From an uncultured Nitrososphaerales archaeon (GTDB taxonomy: Archaea; Thermoproteota; Nitrososphaeria; Nitrososphaerales; Nitrososphaeraceae), in NCBI GenBank assembly GCA_963709405.1, contig CAVPXM010000029.1, forward strand, positions 1-49,609: a stretch of 49,609 nt of DNA, read 5' to 3'. The notes below the pieces were generated by a model. The model was not told the origin of the DNA. It was given only the letters and a program-made list of their open reading frames with translations, and ran no database searches. Below, in pieces: positions 30,247 to 40,502 of the stretch. The translations under genes and the position numbers were made by a program. Each line of letters begins with the position of its first letter. The stretch's first letter is position 1.

Positions 30247-31644
30247 TTAATTTATCTTCGATAATCTTGACCTGGCTATCTGAAACTTGTCAGAATCTAT
30301 TTCTATGCCTATGAATCTTCTTTTGAGTTTGAGTGCTGCCGCGCCTGTCGTACCAGAACCCATCATAGGATCAAGTATAGTTTGGTTTTCTACTGTTAAT
30401 CTTGAAATAACATGTTCGGCTTCAATTGTGGATTGTTCCCTTTCGTGCATAGTTTTAGAGGGTCTGATCGAATTAATGGCATCTGAAATAAAATCTACAG
30501 CGTTAGTTGTATCGCCTTTTACAAACCATAGCAAGTGTTTCCATTTGATCGATACCTTTCGGGGATAATGGCGTGCAAAAGAACCCTCAAGAATTACTGC
30601 TATAGTCCACCAATATTTCAGTCCTGCAGATTCCATCATATCTATAACTTGGGGAATTGCATAATTTCCAACATAGGTTACCAAACTTCCACCATTTTTT
30701 AGGACTCGCATCGCGAGCTGAGCGAGATTGTCATATAGCGATAAATATTCAGATTCATAATGAGGATCTGTAAACAATAGATCGATAGAATTATCAGAAA
30801 TAAATTCTTTTGATTTTTCAATGAAGTCTCCATGTAATAATTTAATGTTGTCTTTAGTAGATTCCAAAGTAGATGGGGCGTTTATTAGTTCTTGTTTCTT
30901 TTGTTGTCTTTGCATTTGTCTGAAGACTTTATCTATCTTCACTGTTCCTTTTCTTAATCGATCCTTTACTTCCTCAGGTGCATTTTTGATAATTTCTCTA
31001 CCTTTAAAATAAGTCATCGAAGAAACTCCTGCTCTTTGAGCAGATAAATCAATTACTCTACCTATTGGACGCTGATCCTTATCAGGGTTTTCAGATTCCT
31101 CAATTGATGTGGGTGTTATTGTCTTGTCTATCTTTTCCAGTTGGCTTGGTGGGGTAGTATAATTTTGTACTACCGCATCATCGTTGTTTTGGGAAAGGCT
31201 TTCATTAGTAGGGTCTTTTTCCCATCTTTTTTCGGCCCCAATCTTTCCTCCATCTGACATTCGATTTTTTGCTTTTCCTATTTCATCATCAATAGTTTCT
31301 AATTTGTACTGTAATTCTATTCTCTGAAAAGGAGTTAAGTGTCTACGATTCATATTTGTCTCAATCCTGAATTTTTGTTCTAATAATGGATTTTCGAAAA
31401 ATTTGACTAGGAATTTTGGTTTTCTTTCCGATTCTTGACATGCTTTATATCTTTGGTATCCATCAAGAATTACACCATGCTGATTTACTATTATAGCATA
31501 GTATAACTCATTTTCCTTGATTGACTGTTTAAGAGACTCAAATTCATCTTTAGATAGAGTTGGAACTAGACGTGCATATTCATCGTTTATAACGATAGTC
31601 CCCTCAAAGTTTTCATCTTGTACTGTTGTTATTGATGTTGTCAC
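30247..31644 (-). CDS. ParB/Srx-like domain fused to a beta-class N4C/N6A DNA methyltransferase
   Basis: ILDGYQRYKAC and N..RRHLT..QR (ParB-like). LFTDPHY motif IV precedes LDPMMGSGTTG motif I. Confidence 0.9.
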   Translation of the reverse strand: MTTSITTVQDENFEGTIVINDEYARLVPTLSKDEFESLKQSIKENELYYAIIVNQHGVILDGYQRYKACQESERKPKFLVKFFENPLLEQKFRIETNMNRRHLTPFQRIELQYKLETIDDEIGKAKNRMSDGGKIGAEKRWEKDPTNESLSQNNDDAVVQNYTTPPSQLEKIDKTITPTSIEESENPDKDQRPIGRVIDLSAQRAGVSSMTYFKGREIIKNAPEEVKDRLRKGTVKIDKVFRQMQRQQKKQELINAPSTLESTKDNIKLLHGDFIEKSKEFISDNSIDLLFTDPHYESEYLSLYDNLAQLAMRVLKNGGSLVTYVGNYAIPQVIDMMESAGLKYWWTIAVILEGSFARHYPRKVSIKWKHLLWFVKGDTTNAVDFISDAINSIRPSKTMHEREQSTIEAEHVISRLTVENQTILDPMMGSGTTGAAALKLKRRFIGIEIDSDKFQIARSRLSKIN

Positions 31645-32040
31645 ATCATTTTTTTGAAAATTAGGATTAAAATAAAAAACAAAAAGAAATTAATATTATT
31701 ATCATGCTGGACAATTTGTTCACAATAGATTATTATCAAACTGTGGGTAACCAGGTAATGAATTAAGATTTGATTTATCCAACTCGCTTATTTAAGTGGG
31801 TTTGAATTTTCTTTTGAATTGTTTAGAAAATCTATACTGCTTCTTATGTCTTCATACTTTGGAGTAGAAGAATGATCTTGACCACATGTCTTGCAAATAT
31901 TGTTCAGATCGACAAAACAATCTATAATTTTGTTAATATCTGTCTTGGCAAATTCTTTATGCTGATTCTTCATCATTATTCTTCCTCATCGGTGGAATAC
32001 CTCATCACTTGGCTGGACAATTCCACAATCGTTAGTTGTG

Positions 32041-32105
32041 GCACCTGATCCAAGCATGAAAATGCTAGCGATATCTATCAATTATTCCGTTAAGTCAACA
32101 CGGCC
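32041..32105 (+). repeat. 65-bp inverted repeat, right copy
   Basis: Partner of 29695-29759. Confidence 0.92.
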
Positions 32106-32316
32106 GTGACATCAGTTAACATATTTTAGAATGATCACAACTATGCATAAAAGCACTTCAAAGGTTGTAACACATCTGAAGAACAATAATTTTATGCCAA
32201 TTGGTTCAACAGGTCTCAGAAATCTTTATAGTATGCATGTTTAAGTGTGGATAAGACGCAAAGCCATGTGTAAATCTCCAAATGATGTATTTACCGAGGA
32301 GCTCGACCCCTGTTTC

Positions 32317-33783
32317 TTATAAGAACTTTTTCATCTGTTCCTTAGTCTCTTTATATCCATCTTGAATTAACTGTCGGATTGTCTTTTTGGAAAAGTCAAA
32401 TGTCTTATTTGAAATAGTATGGGCGTCATTCTTTCGCTCCAAACGAGCAACAAAATCAACATCTACTCTACCCTTCACTAAATCATCATATCTTCCCTTC
32501 TTGCCAGTTGCAGGAAAAATAGCCTTAGTTTTCTCCTTCAAAATCTTTTGCAATGCCTCATTGCTTGCACCATTCTCTTCGGCTAATTTGATTAGAGACT
32601 TTGCTAGTAATGCGTAATCTGATACTAGAACAGCAACAAATTCATCAAATTCTGTTCTGTCATGATATATGATATCATTCTTTCTGTCAACTACACCGTC
32701 ATAGTCAGAAGGAACATACTCTTGTTTAGCTGGGTGAAGATTTATTATACCGAATTTCAGCCTGGGTATATTCTCTTCCAATTTCCTTACTCTAAGCCAA
32801 TAATCTCTGTGAGCAAGAACTGTCTGCCTTAATGGTGTATTAGCTAATAGGCCACCATCCCAGAAAAAGCGCAAGCTGTTAGTGCCATTCGATGAAGTAG
32901 ACCTGTTATTATCCTCTATAGCCGTATCGTCGCCTTGCCCTTCCGCGGCCAAAGTGCGGGTTTCCACATTTAGTCGAGTATAGTCATAATTTACCGGAAC
33001 TGAACAGCTTGCTAAAACGAAATCTGACTTGATCCCATCTTCATATCGTATAACGTGCTCATATGCTTCATTCTCCTGATCCTGATCCTGATTTTGATTC
33101 TTTGCCGAATCTATAAATTTCAGTCTACCATATCTGCCGTATTCAGTCTTGCTTGTTCCGTCTGCCTTTTCATAACTATCGAAAATAACTGGGGTAGCTT
33201 CCTGTACATCCACAGCCACAAGCAAAAGTCTTGGTTCGTTATTTTCAAAGCTTGTGGAAATGGGAAACTTTGCAAATTTTTCCAAGCTTTCTTTTAATGG
33301 TCTATTGTCATAAATATACCAAGTATTTAGAGGATCAAAAAATCTATTATCTAACAAAGGTGTCTTTGGTATAAACACGTTGGGAACTCCTTTCAAAATA
33401 AATTCCTTAGTGCTAAAATATCTTCTGGCAGATTCTCCTGAAGCAATTCGTCTATCTAATCCACGCCAAGAATCCCAATAGCTTGTAAAGTAAGGTATGT
33501 TTTCAAATGATGATTGTGTAGAAAGATATTCCCAAAACTCAACAAGCCTTTCGCCAGATCCTTCCCACGTTTTATTTTCCTTTACATAGCTTACCAATAA
33601 AGTAGCGTTTATCGCGCCTATTGACGTTCCGGACACGATATGAAATAATGGCTCATTTCCCCTGCCTTCTGTTCTAAAGTATACTGAAAGATCCTCATGC
33701 ATAGCTTTGTAAGCGCCTGCTTCGTACGCACCAAGCGAGCCGCCTCCTTGAAATATTAATGCTCTATGTATGTTGGAATTCAT
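32317..33783 (-). CDS. Patatin-like phospholipase
   Basis: GGGSLG, GTSIG and WDGG catalytic motifs. Confidence 0.93.
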   Translation of the reverse strand: MNSNIHRALIFQGGGSLGAYEAGAYKAMHEDLSVYFRTEGRGNEPLFHIVSGTSIGAINATLLVSYVKENKTWEGSGERLVEFWEYLSTQSSFENIPYFTSYWDSWRGLDRRIASGESARRYFSTKEFILKGVPNVFIPKTPLLDNRFFDPLNTWYIYDNRPLKESLEKFAKFPISTSFENNEPRLLLVAVDVQEATPVIFDSYEKADGTSKTEYGRYGRLKFIDSAKNQNQDQDQENEAYEHVIRYEDGIKSDFVLASCSVPVNYDYTRLNVETRTLAAEGQGDDTAIEDNNRSTSSNGTNSLRFFWDGGLLANTPLRQTVLAHRDYWLRVRKLEENIPRLKFGIINLHPAKQEYVPSDYDGVVDRKNDIIYHDRTEFDEFVAVLVSDYALLAKSLIKLAEENGASNEALQKILKEKTKAIFPATGKKGRYDDLVKGRVDVDFVARLERKNDAHTISNKTFDFSKKTIRQLIQDGYKETKEQMKKFL

Positions 33784-34327
33784 AAATCTTATTCACACCT
33801 GCAGTATATTTATTATTATTATTATCGAGTATCCTCGTGAGGAATTATCTAACCTGACCCGAACGAACTTACACTATGATGATTTCAGTTCATTCCTTGT
33901 TACCATCCTGTTTCGGAACACTCCAAGAACATTATTCAAAATGTTCCACTTACTCATTCAATTAATTGTTGTACTGAATCATAAAACGACATTGTAGCGT
34001 ACAAATCCTGTTTGCAATCCTGATTTAATGAGTGATTACTACAGGTTGAGACGTTGTTGATCCTTCGGTCCGATAAGGTCTTTTTTATAAAGTCCCAGAA
34101 AATTTTCTCAAATGAATACGCTCGATAACTTGATGGTAGATTAGAGCCTATGTTGTAGTAAGATTTTATGCAACCATATTCAGACTGTACGTCCAGTTTG
34201 CATTATAGCCATCTGTCGGTTCGATATGTTAGGCACCAGCACACTGATAAGAACAAGGAATTGAATTATGGCTTTCAAAGTTGCTATGACTGGAGGCATT
34301 TACCAGATCAGGAAATCCTAAAGTAAT

Positions 34328-35908
34328 ATGATTACTCATAACGAAACATCTGACAAAATGTCAAAGTCAAAACGAAAACAACCAAATATTCTTGTCATCT
34401 GGGGTGATGACATTGGAATAACCAATCTTAGTTGTTATTCACACGGACTGATGGGTTACCAAACACCCAACATTGACCGTATTGCAAGAGAAGGCATAAT
34501 GTTTACAGACGCCTATGGCGAACAGTCCTGTACAGCCGGTCGCGCTTCCTTCATTACCGGGCAAAGCGTTTATCGCACCGGCTTGTCCAAAGTAGGCCTA
34601 CCAGGTGCACCGGTCGGGATGAATGAAAAGATTGTGACCATCGCCGCATTGCTAAAGGAACAAGGTTATGCTACAGGGCAATTCGGGAAGAATCATTTGG
34701 GCGATCTTAACCATATGCTGCCCACCAATCATGGATTCGACGAGTTCTTTGGCAATCTTTATCATCTCAACGCACAAGAAGAGCCTGAAATGGACGACTA
34801 TCCTTCAAAAGTAGAATTTCCCAAATTCTTTGAAACATTTGGTCCTCGGGGTGTGATCCATTCTTGGGCCACAGATACGCATGATCCAACAGAGATGCCA
34901 CGGTGGGGAAAAGTTGGCAAGCAAAGAATTGAGGATACGGGACCGCTGACCAAAAAACGTATGGAAACATGCGACGACGAATTTGTTGCGGCTGCCAAAG
35001 ATTTTATCCAGCGGCAGCATAAAGATGGAAAACCGTTCTTCGTGTGGCTCAATACGACACATATGCATCTGTATACCCATCCCAAATCCTCAAGCAGGGG
35101 GCAGGCAGGTCGCTGGCAGTCTCCGTATCATGATACGATGATCGACCATGATAAAAATGTTGGACAAATGCTTGAGCTGCTCGACGAGCTTGGAATTGTA
35201 GAAGATACTTTGGTCATGTATTCAACTGATAACGGGCCGCACGCGAACTCCTGGCCTGATGGAGCCACGACCCCCTTCCACAGTGAAAAGAATACTAACT
35301 GGGAAGGTGCCTTCCGTGTTCCGTTGTTAGTGCGTTGGCCTGACAAGATCAAAGCCGGTTCAATATCTAATGGTATCGTTCAGCACCATGACTGGCTGCC
35401 AACTTTCCTAGCCATGGCAGGCGATACAGAAGTAGTGGAGAAACTGAAGAAGGGACACAAAGCTATCGGGCGTACCTATAAGAATCATATTGATGGTTTT
35501 AACCTGTTGCCCTACCTGACTGGTGAAGTAACAGAAAGTCCCCGCAACATCTATTTCTATTTCAGCGACGATGGTGACGTCCTTGGCATACGCTTCGACA
35601 ATTGGAAGCTGGTATTCATGGAACAACGTTGCCAGGGAACCATGCAGGTATGGGCTGAGCCATTCATACGCCTTCGCATTCCAAAGATCTTCAACCTCCG
35701 CACCGATCCATACGAATTTGCGGATACCACGTCGAATACGTACTGGGACTGGGTGCTTCACAACGCTTATTTCATATACTTAGCACAGTATGCTGCGGGT
35801 AAATTTGCAGAAACCTTTAAGGAGTTTCCAGCCATCCAGAAGCCAAACACATTCACGATAGATGATGCGATGGCGAAAATGTCGGAAGCTGCCGGCGCCA
35901 GTCATTAA
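34328..35908 (+). CDS. Arylsulfatase (formylglycine-dependent, Cys-type). Start may be 34358.
   Basis: PNILVIWGDD, SCTAGRASFITG, GKNHLG and STDNG motifs. Confidence 0.95.
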   Translation: MITHNETSDKMSKSKRKQPNILVIWGDDIGITNLSCYSHGLMGYQTPNIDRIAREGIMFTDAYGEQSCTAGRASFITGQSVYRTGLSKVGLPGAPVGMNEKIVTIAALLKEQGYATGQFGKNHLGDLNHMLPTNHGFDEFFGNLYHLNAQEEPEMDDYPSKVEFPKFFETFGPRGVIHSWATDTHDPTEMPRWGKVGKQRIEDTGPLTKKRMETCDDEFVAAAKDFIQRQHKDGKPFFVWLNTTHMHLYTHPKSSSRGQAGRWQSPYHDTMIDHDKNVGQMLELLDELGIVEDTLVMYSTDNGPHANSWPDGATTPFHSEKNTNWEGAFRVPLLVRWPDKIKAGSISNGIVQHHDWLPTFLAMAGDTEVVEKLKKGHKAIGRTYKNHIDGFNLLPYLTGEVTESPRNIYFYFSDDGDVLGIRFDNWKLVFMEQRCQGTMQVWAEPFIRLRIPKIFNLRTDPYEFADTTSNTYWDWVLHNAYFIYLAQYAAGKFAETFKEFPAIQKPNTFTIDDAMAKMSEAAGASH

Positions 35909-35982
35909 CAAGATCAAACCTATTCAACATGTTAGACACAAGTGAATTCGATAATGGAAGAAAAGTGCTTAATCGGTAAAAT

Positions 35983-36906
35983 ATGATACTTATAAATGGT
36001 GGAACTTTTATGATGGGTTCCGATAAATTTTACCCTGAAGAAAAACCAGTGCATAAAGTTACGGTGGATCGTTTCTGGATGGATACATGTCCGGTGACTA
36101 ATAAAGCGTTTAGTGATTTTGTTTCGGCAACTCAGTATCTGACGGTTGCAGAAAGACCATTGAATCCAGTTGATTTTCCTGGTATCCCGGAAGAGAATCT
36201 TGTTCCGGGTTCTATGGTTTTTGAAAAAAGTAATGAGGCTGTCGATTTGAAAAACTATGCCAACTGGTGGCGATGGATGAAGGGAGCCAGCTGGAAGCAT
36301 CCACAAGGACCTGACAGTACCATTAATGGATTGGATGATCATCCTGTAGTTCACATCGCTTATGAAGACGCAGAGGCCTATGCGAAATGGGCAGGAAAAG
36401 AATTGCCCACGGAAGCAGAATGGGAGTTTGGAGCAAGAGGTGGATTAGATGGAATGGATTTTACCTGGGGAAATGAGGATACACAGCTCACAAAACCCAT
36501 GGCGAATACCTGGCAGGGACAATTCCCTTACCAGAATTTATTAATAGATAAATATGAAGGTACCTCTCCTGTTGGTTCATTTCATCCGAACGGCTATGGT
36601 TTATTTGATATGGCAGGTAATGTTTGGGAATGGACATCCGACTGGTATCTCCCGCATTTGGATGAATCTGCTAATAAGATTAAAACTTGCTGCACAACTT
36701 CTATCAACCCAAGAGTAACATCACCCGAATACAGTTATGATCCCAGACAACCACAGTTTAAGATCCCAAGAAAAGTAGTGAAAGGCGGTTCGCATATCTG
36801 CGCTCCGAATTATTGTTTACGATATCGGCCTGCGGCTCGACAACCACAGATGATCGATACAGGGATGACCCATATCGGGTTCAGGTGTATTATCAGGATC
36901 ACATAA
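35983..36906 (+). CDS. Formylglycine-generating enzyme (SUMF1/FGE)
   Basis: LPTEAEWE, DMAGNVWEW, GGSHICAPNYCLRYRPAAR and HIGFRC motifs. Confidence 0.95.
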   Translation: MILINGGTFMMGSDKFYPEEKPVHKVTVDRFWMDTCPVTNKAFSDFVSATQYLTVAERPLNPVDFPGIPEENLVPGSMVFEKSNEAVDLKNYANWWRWMKGASWKHPQGPDSTINGLDDHPVVHIAYEDAEAYAKWAGKELPTEAEWEFGARGGLDGMDFTWGNEDTQLTKPMANTWQGQFPYQNLLIDKYEGTSPVGSFHPNGYGLFDMAGNVWEWTSDWYLPHLDESANKIKTCCTTSINPRVTSPEYSYDPRQPQFKIPRKVVKGGSHICAPNYCLRYRPAARQPQMIDTGMTHIGFRCIIRIT

Positions 36907-37109
36907 ATGATACATAAGGTTAAACCATATTGATAAGAATTATTGATAGAATCTTAATTCCTCCGCTTCCACTTTGTGTTTGATACTCGTAAAATAATCC
37001 GCAATTTTATGCCTGTTATCTTCCTGTAATTGTAGGAACTTAAATGTATCATTGAATGTCTCTTTGTCGGATAAAAACCTTAAAGGTAACTTGTGTTCGT
37101 CATAGAACA

Positions 37110-37502
37110 ATGTCCTCTACACAATACAAGACGATAGCACGGAGGTTTGTTGAAGATGTAGTTAATGCCCAGAAAACAGAGATGGCGAAGAACTATGTTG
37201 CTCCTGATATAGTATACCATGGGATGGCTGAAGAAGTTAGAGGTCTTGAGAAATTCAAACAGTGGGTGACCGAAGACCTATCAGCATTTACAGATATGAA
37301 GGTAACAATCCTAGATGACTTTGGAGAAGAAAACAAAGTTGCCATAAGATGGAGTTTAAATGCTACACATGAAAAGGACTTTGCCGGCTATCCTGCCACC
37401 CATAAGAAATTTGAGACTCAAGGAGTCGAAATCTTTCATTTTGAGGGAGACAAAATCAAGGAGGCATGGACTATAACTGACCTGTCTGATTTAATCCAAT
37501 GA
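37110..37502 (+). CDS. SnoaL-like ester cyclase (NTF2 fold)
   Basis: ARRFVE, AF.D..VT, E.KVA.RW..TH..F.G.PAT.K and KI.E.W pattern. Confidence 0.88.
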   Translation: MSSTQYKTIARRFVEDVVNAQKTEMAKNYVAPDIVYHGMAEEVRGLEKFKQWVTEDLSAFTDMKVTILDDFGEENKVAIRWSLNATHEKDFAGYPATHKKFETQGVEIFHFEGDKIKEAWTITDLSDLIQ

Positions 37503-37928
37503 TTATTTTTTTTGAAGTTGCAAAAGCTCCATTTGCATTGGGATTTCCATTTTAGAATCAACTCACGTAATAGCTTTAGTACTCTTGTACTATAGCTATT
37601 ATTATTGTCATTGCATTAATAATTACTTGTCTAATTACTCAGGATTATTTATGCGTGTATATAATGGCGGGGCTCTTAGCCTTTGCCCGACACGTCCACC
37701 TGAACCAACTATAGTGTTTGAAAGATAACATTCGATTTATGAAAGCTGAGGTTATAGAATCTTAGAAATATTTGCAATTGGTGGTACTAATTGTTCGTAT
37801 ATATATAACAGCAGAACTAAAATTGGTAGGAAAACGAGATGGAAATAAGTAAAGAGCTCATTTATTGAACTTTCAACCTATTCTAAAAAATTCCTTTTAG
37901 CTGTTCTATTATCCAGCTAGCTGTTCTT

Positions 37929-38303
37929 CTAGTGAGGCCTTAGATTACATTTTTGATAACAAGTCTGCTTTGAGTTTCTGGAATTCCTCGTCAGATAATA
38001 TTCCTTTTTGGTGGAGATCAGCATATTTCTGCAACTTCTGAGTGACATCTTCCTGCTGTGATTGGGGTTGGCCGGCGCATCATTTGTTAGTAGGATTTTC
38101 AAATCCTGAGTACTATAATCATCAGTATGAACTGAGTGGGATGGCAGGTTGTAATTCGTCGGTGAATATTTACCATACATTAGCGAAACGTATTGTTCTG
38201 GGTTGCTTTTTATCGAATGGACTACACAAGTTACAGCAAGTTTCAGCAGGCTTGCTCCATTAGATAAAGTGGAGTATACTTTTTCTTCAAGGAGCCGCGT
38301 CAT
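37929..38303 (-). pseudogene. HTH/coiled-coil family gene, C-terminal fragment (copy C)
   Basis: EEKVYSTLSNGASLLKLAVTCVVHSIKSNP aligns with copies A and B. Confidence 0.7.
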
Positions 38304-38656
38304 AGCAGAATGTAACTGACAGAAGTATTGGAATTCTCCTGCTCTTGTAAACTTGTGTTAATGGTAAATTAGCAGGATAAGCATTGGCTTAGTTATTGTG
38401 AAGGCCGCCCACATCAACGACAGGTATGCCTATCTCGATAATAATGTCTAACATGATTTATAATTGTAGTACATCTGGTCCGTTGTAAGCTGCTCTGAAT
38501 CAATTGTCGTCATCTCGTTTCTCTTTACTATTTAACAACTACTCAAACATGCTACTTGACACATGAAGTTAAGGTTAATGCAATGATAAAATAAATGTAA
38601 ATATAAGATAGATAGAACAGAAAATGCTTCATTTAGTGATTAGTATAGAATACTAA

Positions 38657-38815
38657 TTACACTTGTGTGTGTGTGTTGTACAGAATAGGTCCAATATCAC
38701 GCAGAGATATCCGTGCTTCCTTGGCTATTTCAGCGTAAGTCTTTCCTTCATTATAATAAAGGTCTAAGACGAGATTTTCTTTTTCCTGTCTTGTCAAGCC
38801 GACAATATTATTCAT
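38657..38815 (-). pseudogene. HTH/coiled-coil family gene, N-terminal HTH fragment (52 aa, not in the ORF track)
   Basis: MNNIVGLTRQEKENLVLDLYYNEGKTYAEIAKEARISLRDIGPIL aligns with 18211-18507. Confidence 0.85.
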
Positions 38816-38856
38816 ATCTAATTTAGGCAAAATTGAGCCTTAAAGGGTGTTATGTG

Positions 38857-38937
38857 CTATTACCATTCTATTATCATTATTGCCACCTAATTACCTCTAT
38901 TTTCTCTATTACCTAGGTTATTTTAAAATGAATTCAA
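38857..38937 (-). repeat. Phased octamer array (GGTAATAG) upstream of the HTH fragment
   Basis: CTATTACC-like units at 38857, 38868, 38877, 38888, 38897 and 38906. Confidence 0.8.
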
Positions 38938-39219
38938 TTATGACGCATTGTGCTAATTCAGTAATGAAATTAGATTGAATAGATCGAGGTTCGCATCTTA
39001 GATTTAAAAGCAGATACATGTAGACATGCTGATGAGCTTATTCATAATCGCATGATAATTAACCACAGTTTATTTTCGATTGTAAGACATTCAAGGGACT
39101 CGGAGCAAATCAGGTTTCTTCTGAATGAATTCTTCTATCTTGTTACTGATTACATCTACATTGTAGCTCAATTCTAAGCTAATTATAGAATAGTGTCCGT
39201 TCTGAAGTCTTATTACAGC

Positions 39220-40113
39220 TTATAGACAGATGAATTTATTGTAAAGCATTACTTTCCATCCTGCTTCTACTTTCTGTGCTCTAAATTTCTTTGAAAGTAG
39301 ATCTTCATCTAATACTCTTTTGATTGAAGAGAACACTATCTCTGCGATCCATCTTCTACCTGCATCTTTTAGTTGTTTCCATCCAGCATATCCTACTTTT
39401 TTGATTAGCAAGACTTCATCTCTTCGTAGTGGACATCCATTAGATCTGATAGCAGATGCATTTTTTCTAATACTTATTGCAGGTTCTATATTCAAATCAT
39501 CTAACAAGTTAAAACTCCCTCTATTATCATGAGCCTTATCCCCGTATACCTTATCAATATCATATTCCTTAGTTATCTCTCTTATCATAGAACTAAACTT
39601 TTTGGAGTCATGAATATTACCTTTAGTTATTCTGAATGATATGATCTTCTGTGATTTAGCATCGACTGCAATAATATGCAGCTTGACAAACTCTTTTTTC
39701 TTCCTTATCCATTTTTGTTCTATGTAATCTCCTTTCTTTGTTATAGTAAGACCAGATGCATCGACTATCAGTGTTACTGGCTTATCATTATCTAGATTTA
39801 GATTTCCTACAGATGGTTTAAACTTTAGGATTCTTCTTCTGATATGTGTAAAATGCATTTCTTCAATCCTGATATAATCAGATAATCCTCTTACAATACC
39901 TTGTACTGTTCTATAAGCAATCTTAAACCCAATCTTGAGGAATGCTAGAAACTGGATATAAGTATGTGAGTATTCAAATGGAGCTCCAACCTTTCCATCA
40001 TTCATCTTCTTAATCTCCCTCTTAGATGATCCTAGAAAACTAATATCCATAAGAACTCGTCCACGCTCAATTAATGACTCATTGTAATCGTGCCATGATT
40101 TGTTTAGCGGCAT
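39220..40113 (-). CDS. IS5-family (IS903-like) transposase
   Basis: W.DYNESL.ERG, VDASG, FVKLH, GDKAHD and RW.AE..FS.IKR motifs. No matching terminal IRs found. Confidence 0.9.
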   Translation of the reverse strand: MPLNKSWHDYNESLIERGRVLMDISFLGSSKREIKKMNDGKVGAPFEYSHTYIQFLAFLKIGFKIAYRTVQGIVRGLSDYIRIEEMHFTHIRRRILKFKPSVGNLNLDNDKPVTLIVDASGLTITKKGDYIEQKWIRKKKEFVKLHIIAVDAKSQKIISFRITKGNIHDSKKFSSMIREITKEYDIDKVYGDKAHDNRGSFNLLDDLNIEPAISIRKNASAIRSNGCPLRRDEVLLIKKVGYAGWKQLKDAGRRWIAEIVFSSIKRVLDEDLLSKKFRAQKVEAGWKVMLYNKFICL

Positions 40114-40502
40114 GATCTAACAAATGGATGTGCGTAAATAATAACGCTACAAGCTACATCATATCAAATCAGCAATGATGACAGCTACAATCATGTTGTG
40201 TTATTTACCTAATTGCACGATAATATTATCATTATTTCCGCTACAAATATCGGACTAAAAATTGTTAATAATTTCTGTATACTCACTCCCATAGTACACC
40301 TCTTGTCTACATGGAGACGTTATAACAAATAGGATAACACTAATAAGTTCCGGTCGTTCTGGCTAATATTAGAGTTTCATCAATTTGATCGTTCTACGAT
40401 TTCTCATCTAGCACTTCTACGAACGATTTTCGTGGATATTCTTGTCGCTCTATTCTAAGCCTACTTTTACTACCTTTCCATTCTTTGATGTACGCAGTTA
40501 TT

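Noticed and set aside
31690-31976. Small Cys/His ORF upstream of the ParB-methyltransferase
   Set aside because: Fragmentary and unassignable.
32041-32105. Hammerhead ribozyme reading of the 65-bp repeat
   Set aside because: CTGAT and GAAA are present, but the CUGANGA core and three-stem layout are not.
39180-40200. Terminal inverted repeats for the IS903-like transposase
   Set aside because: No convincing matching pair or TSD found, so element boundaries were not called.
40222-40244. Possible further copy of the octamer leader (ATATTATCATTATT)
   Set aside because: A 14-bp AT-rich match only, which could be chance.
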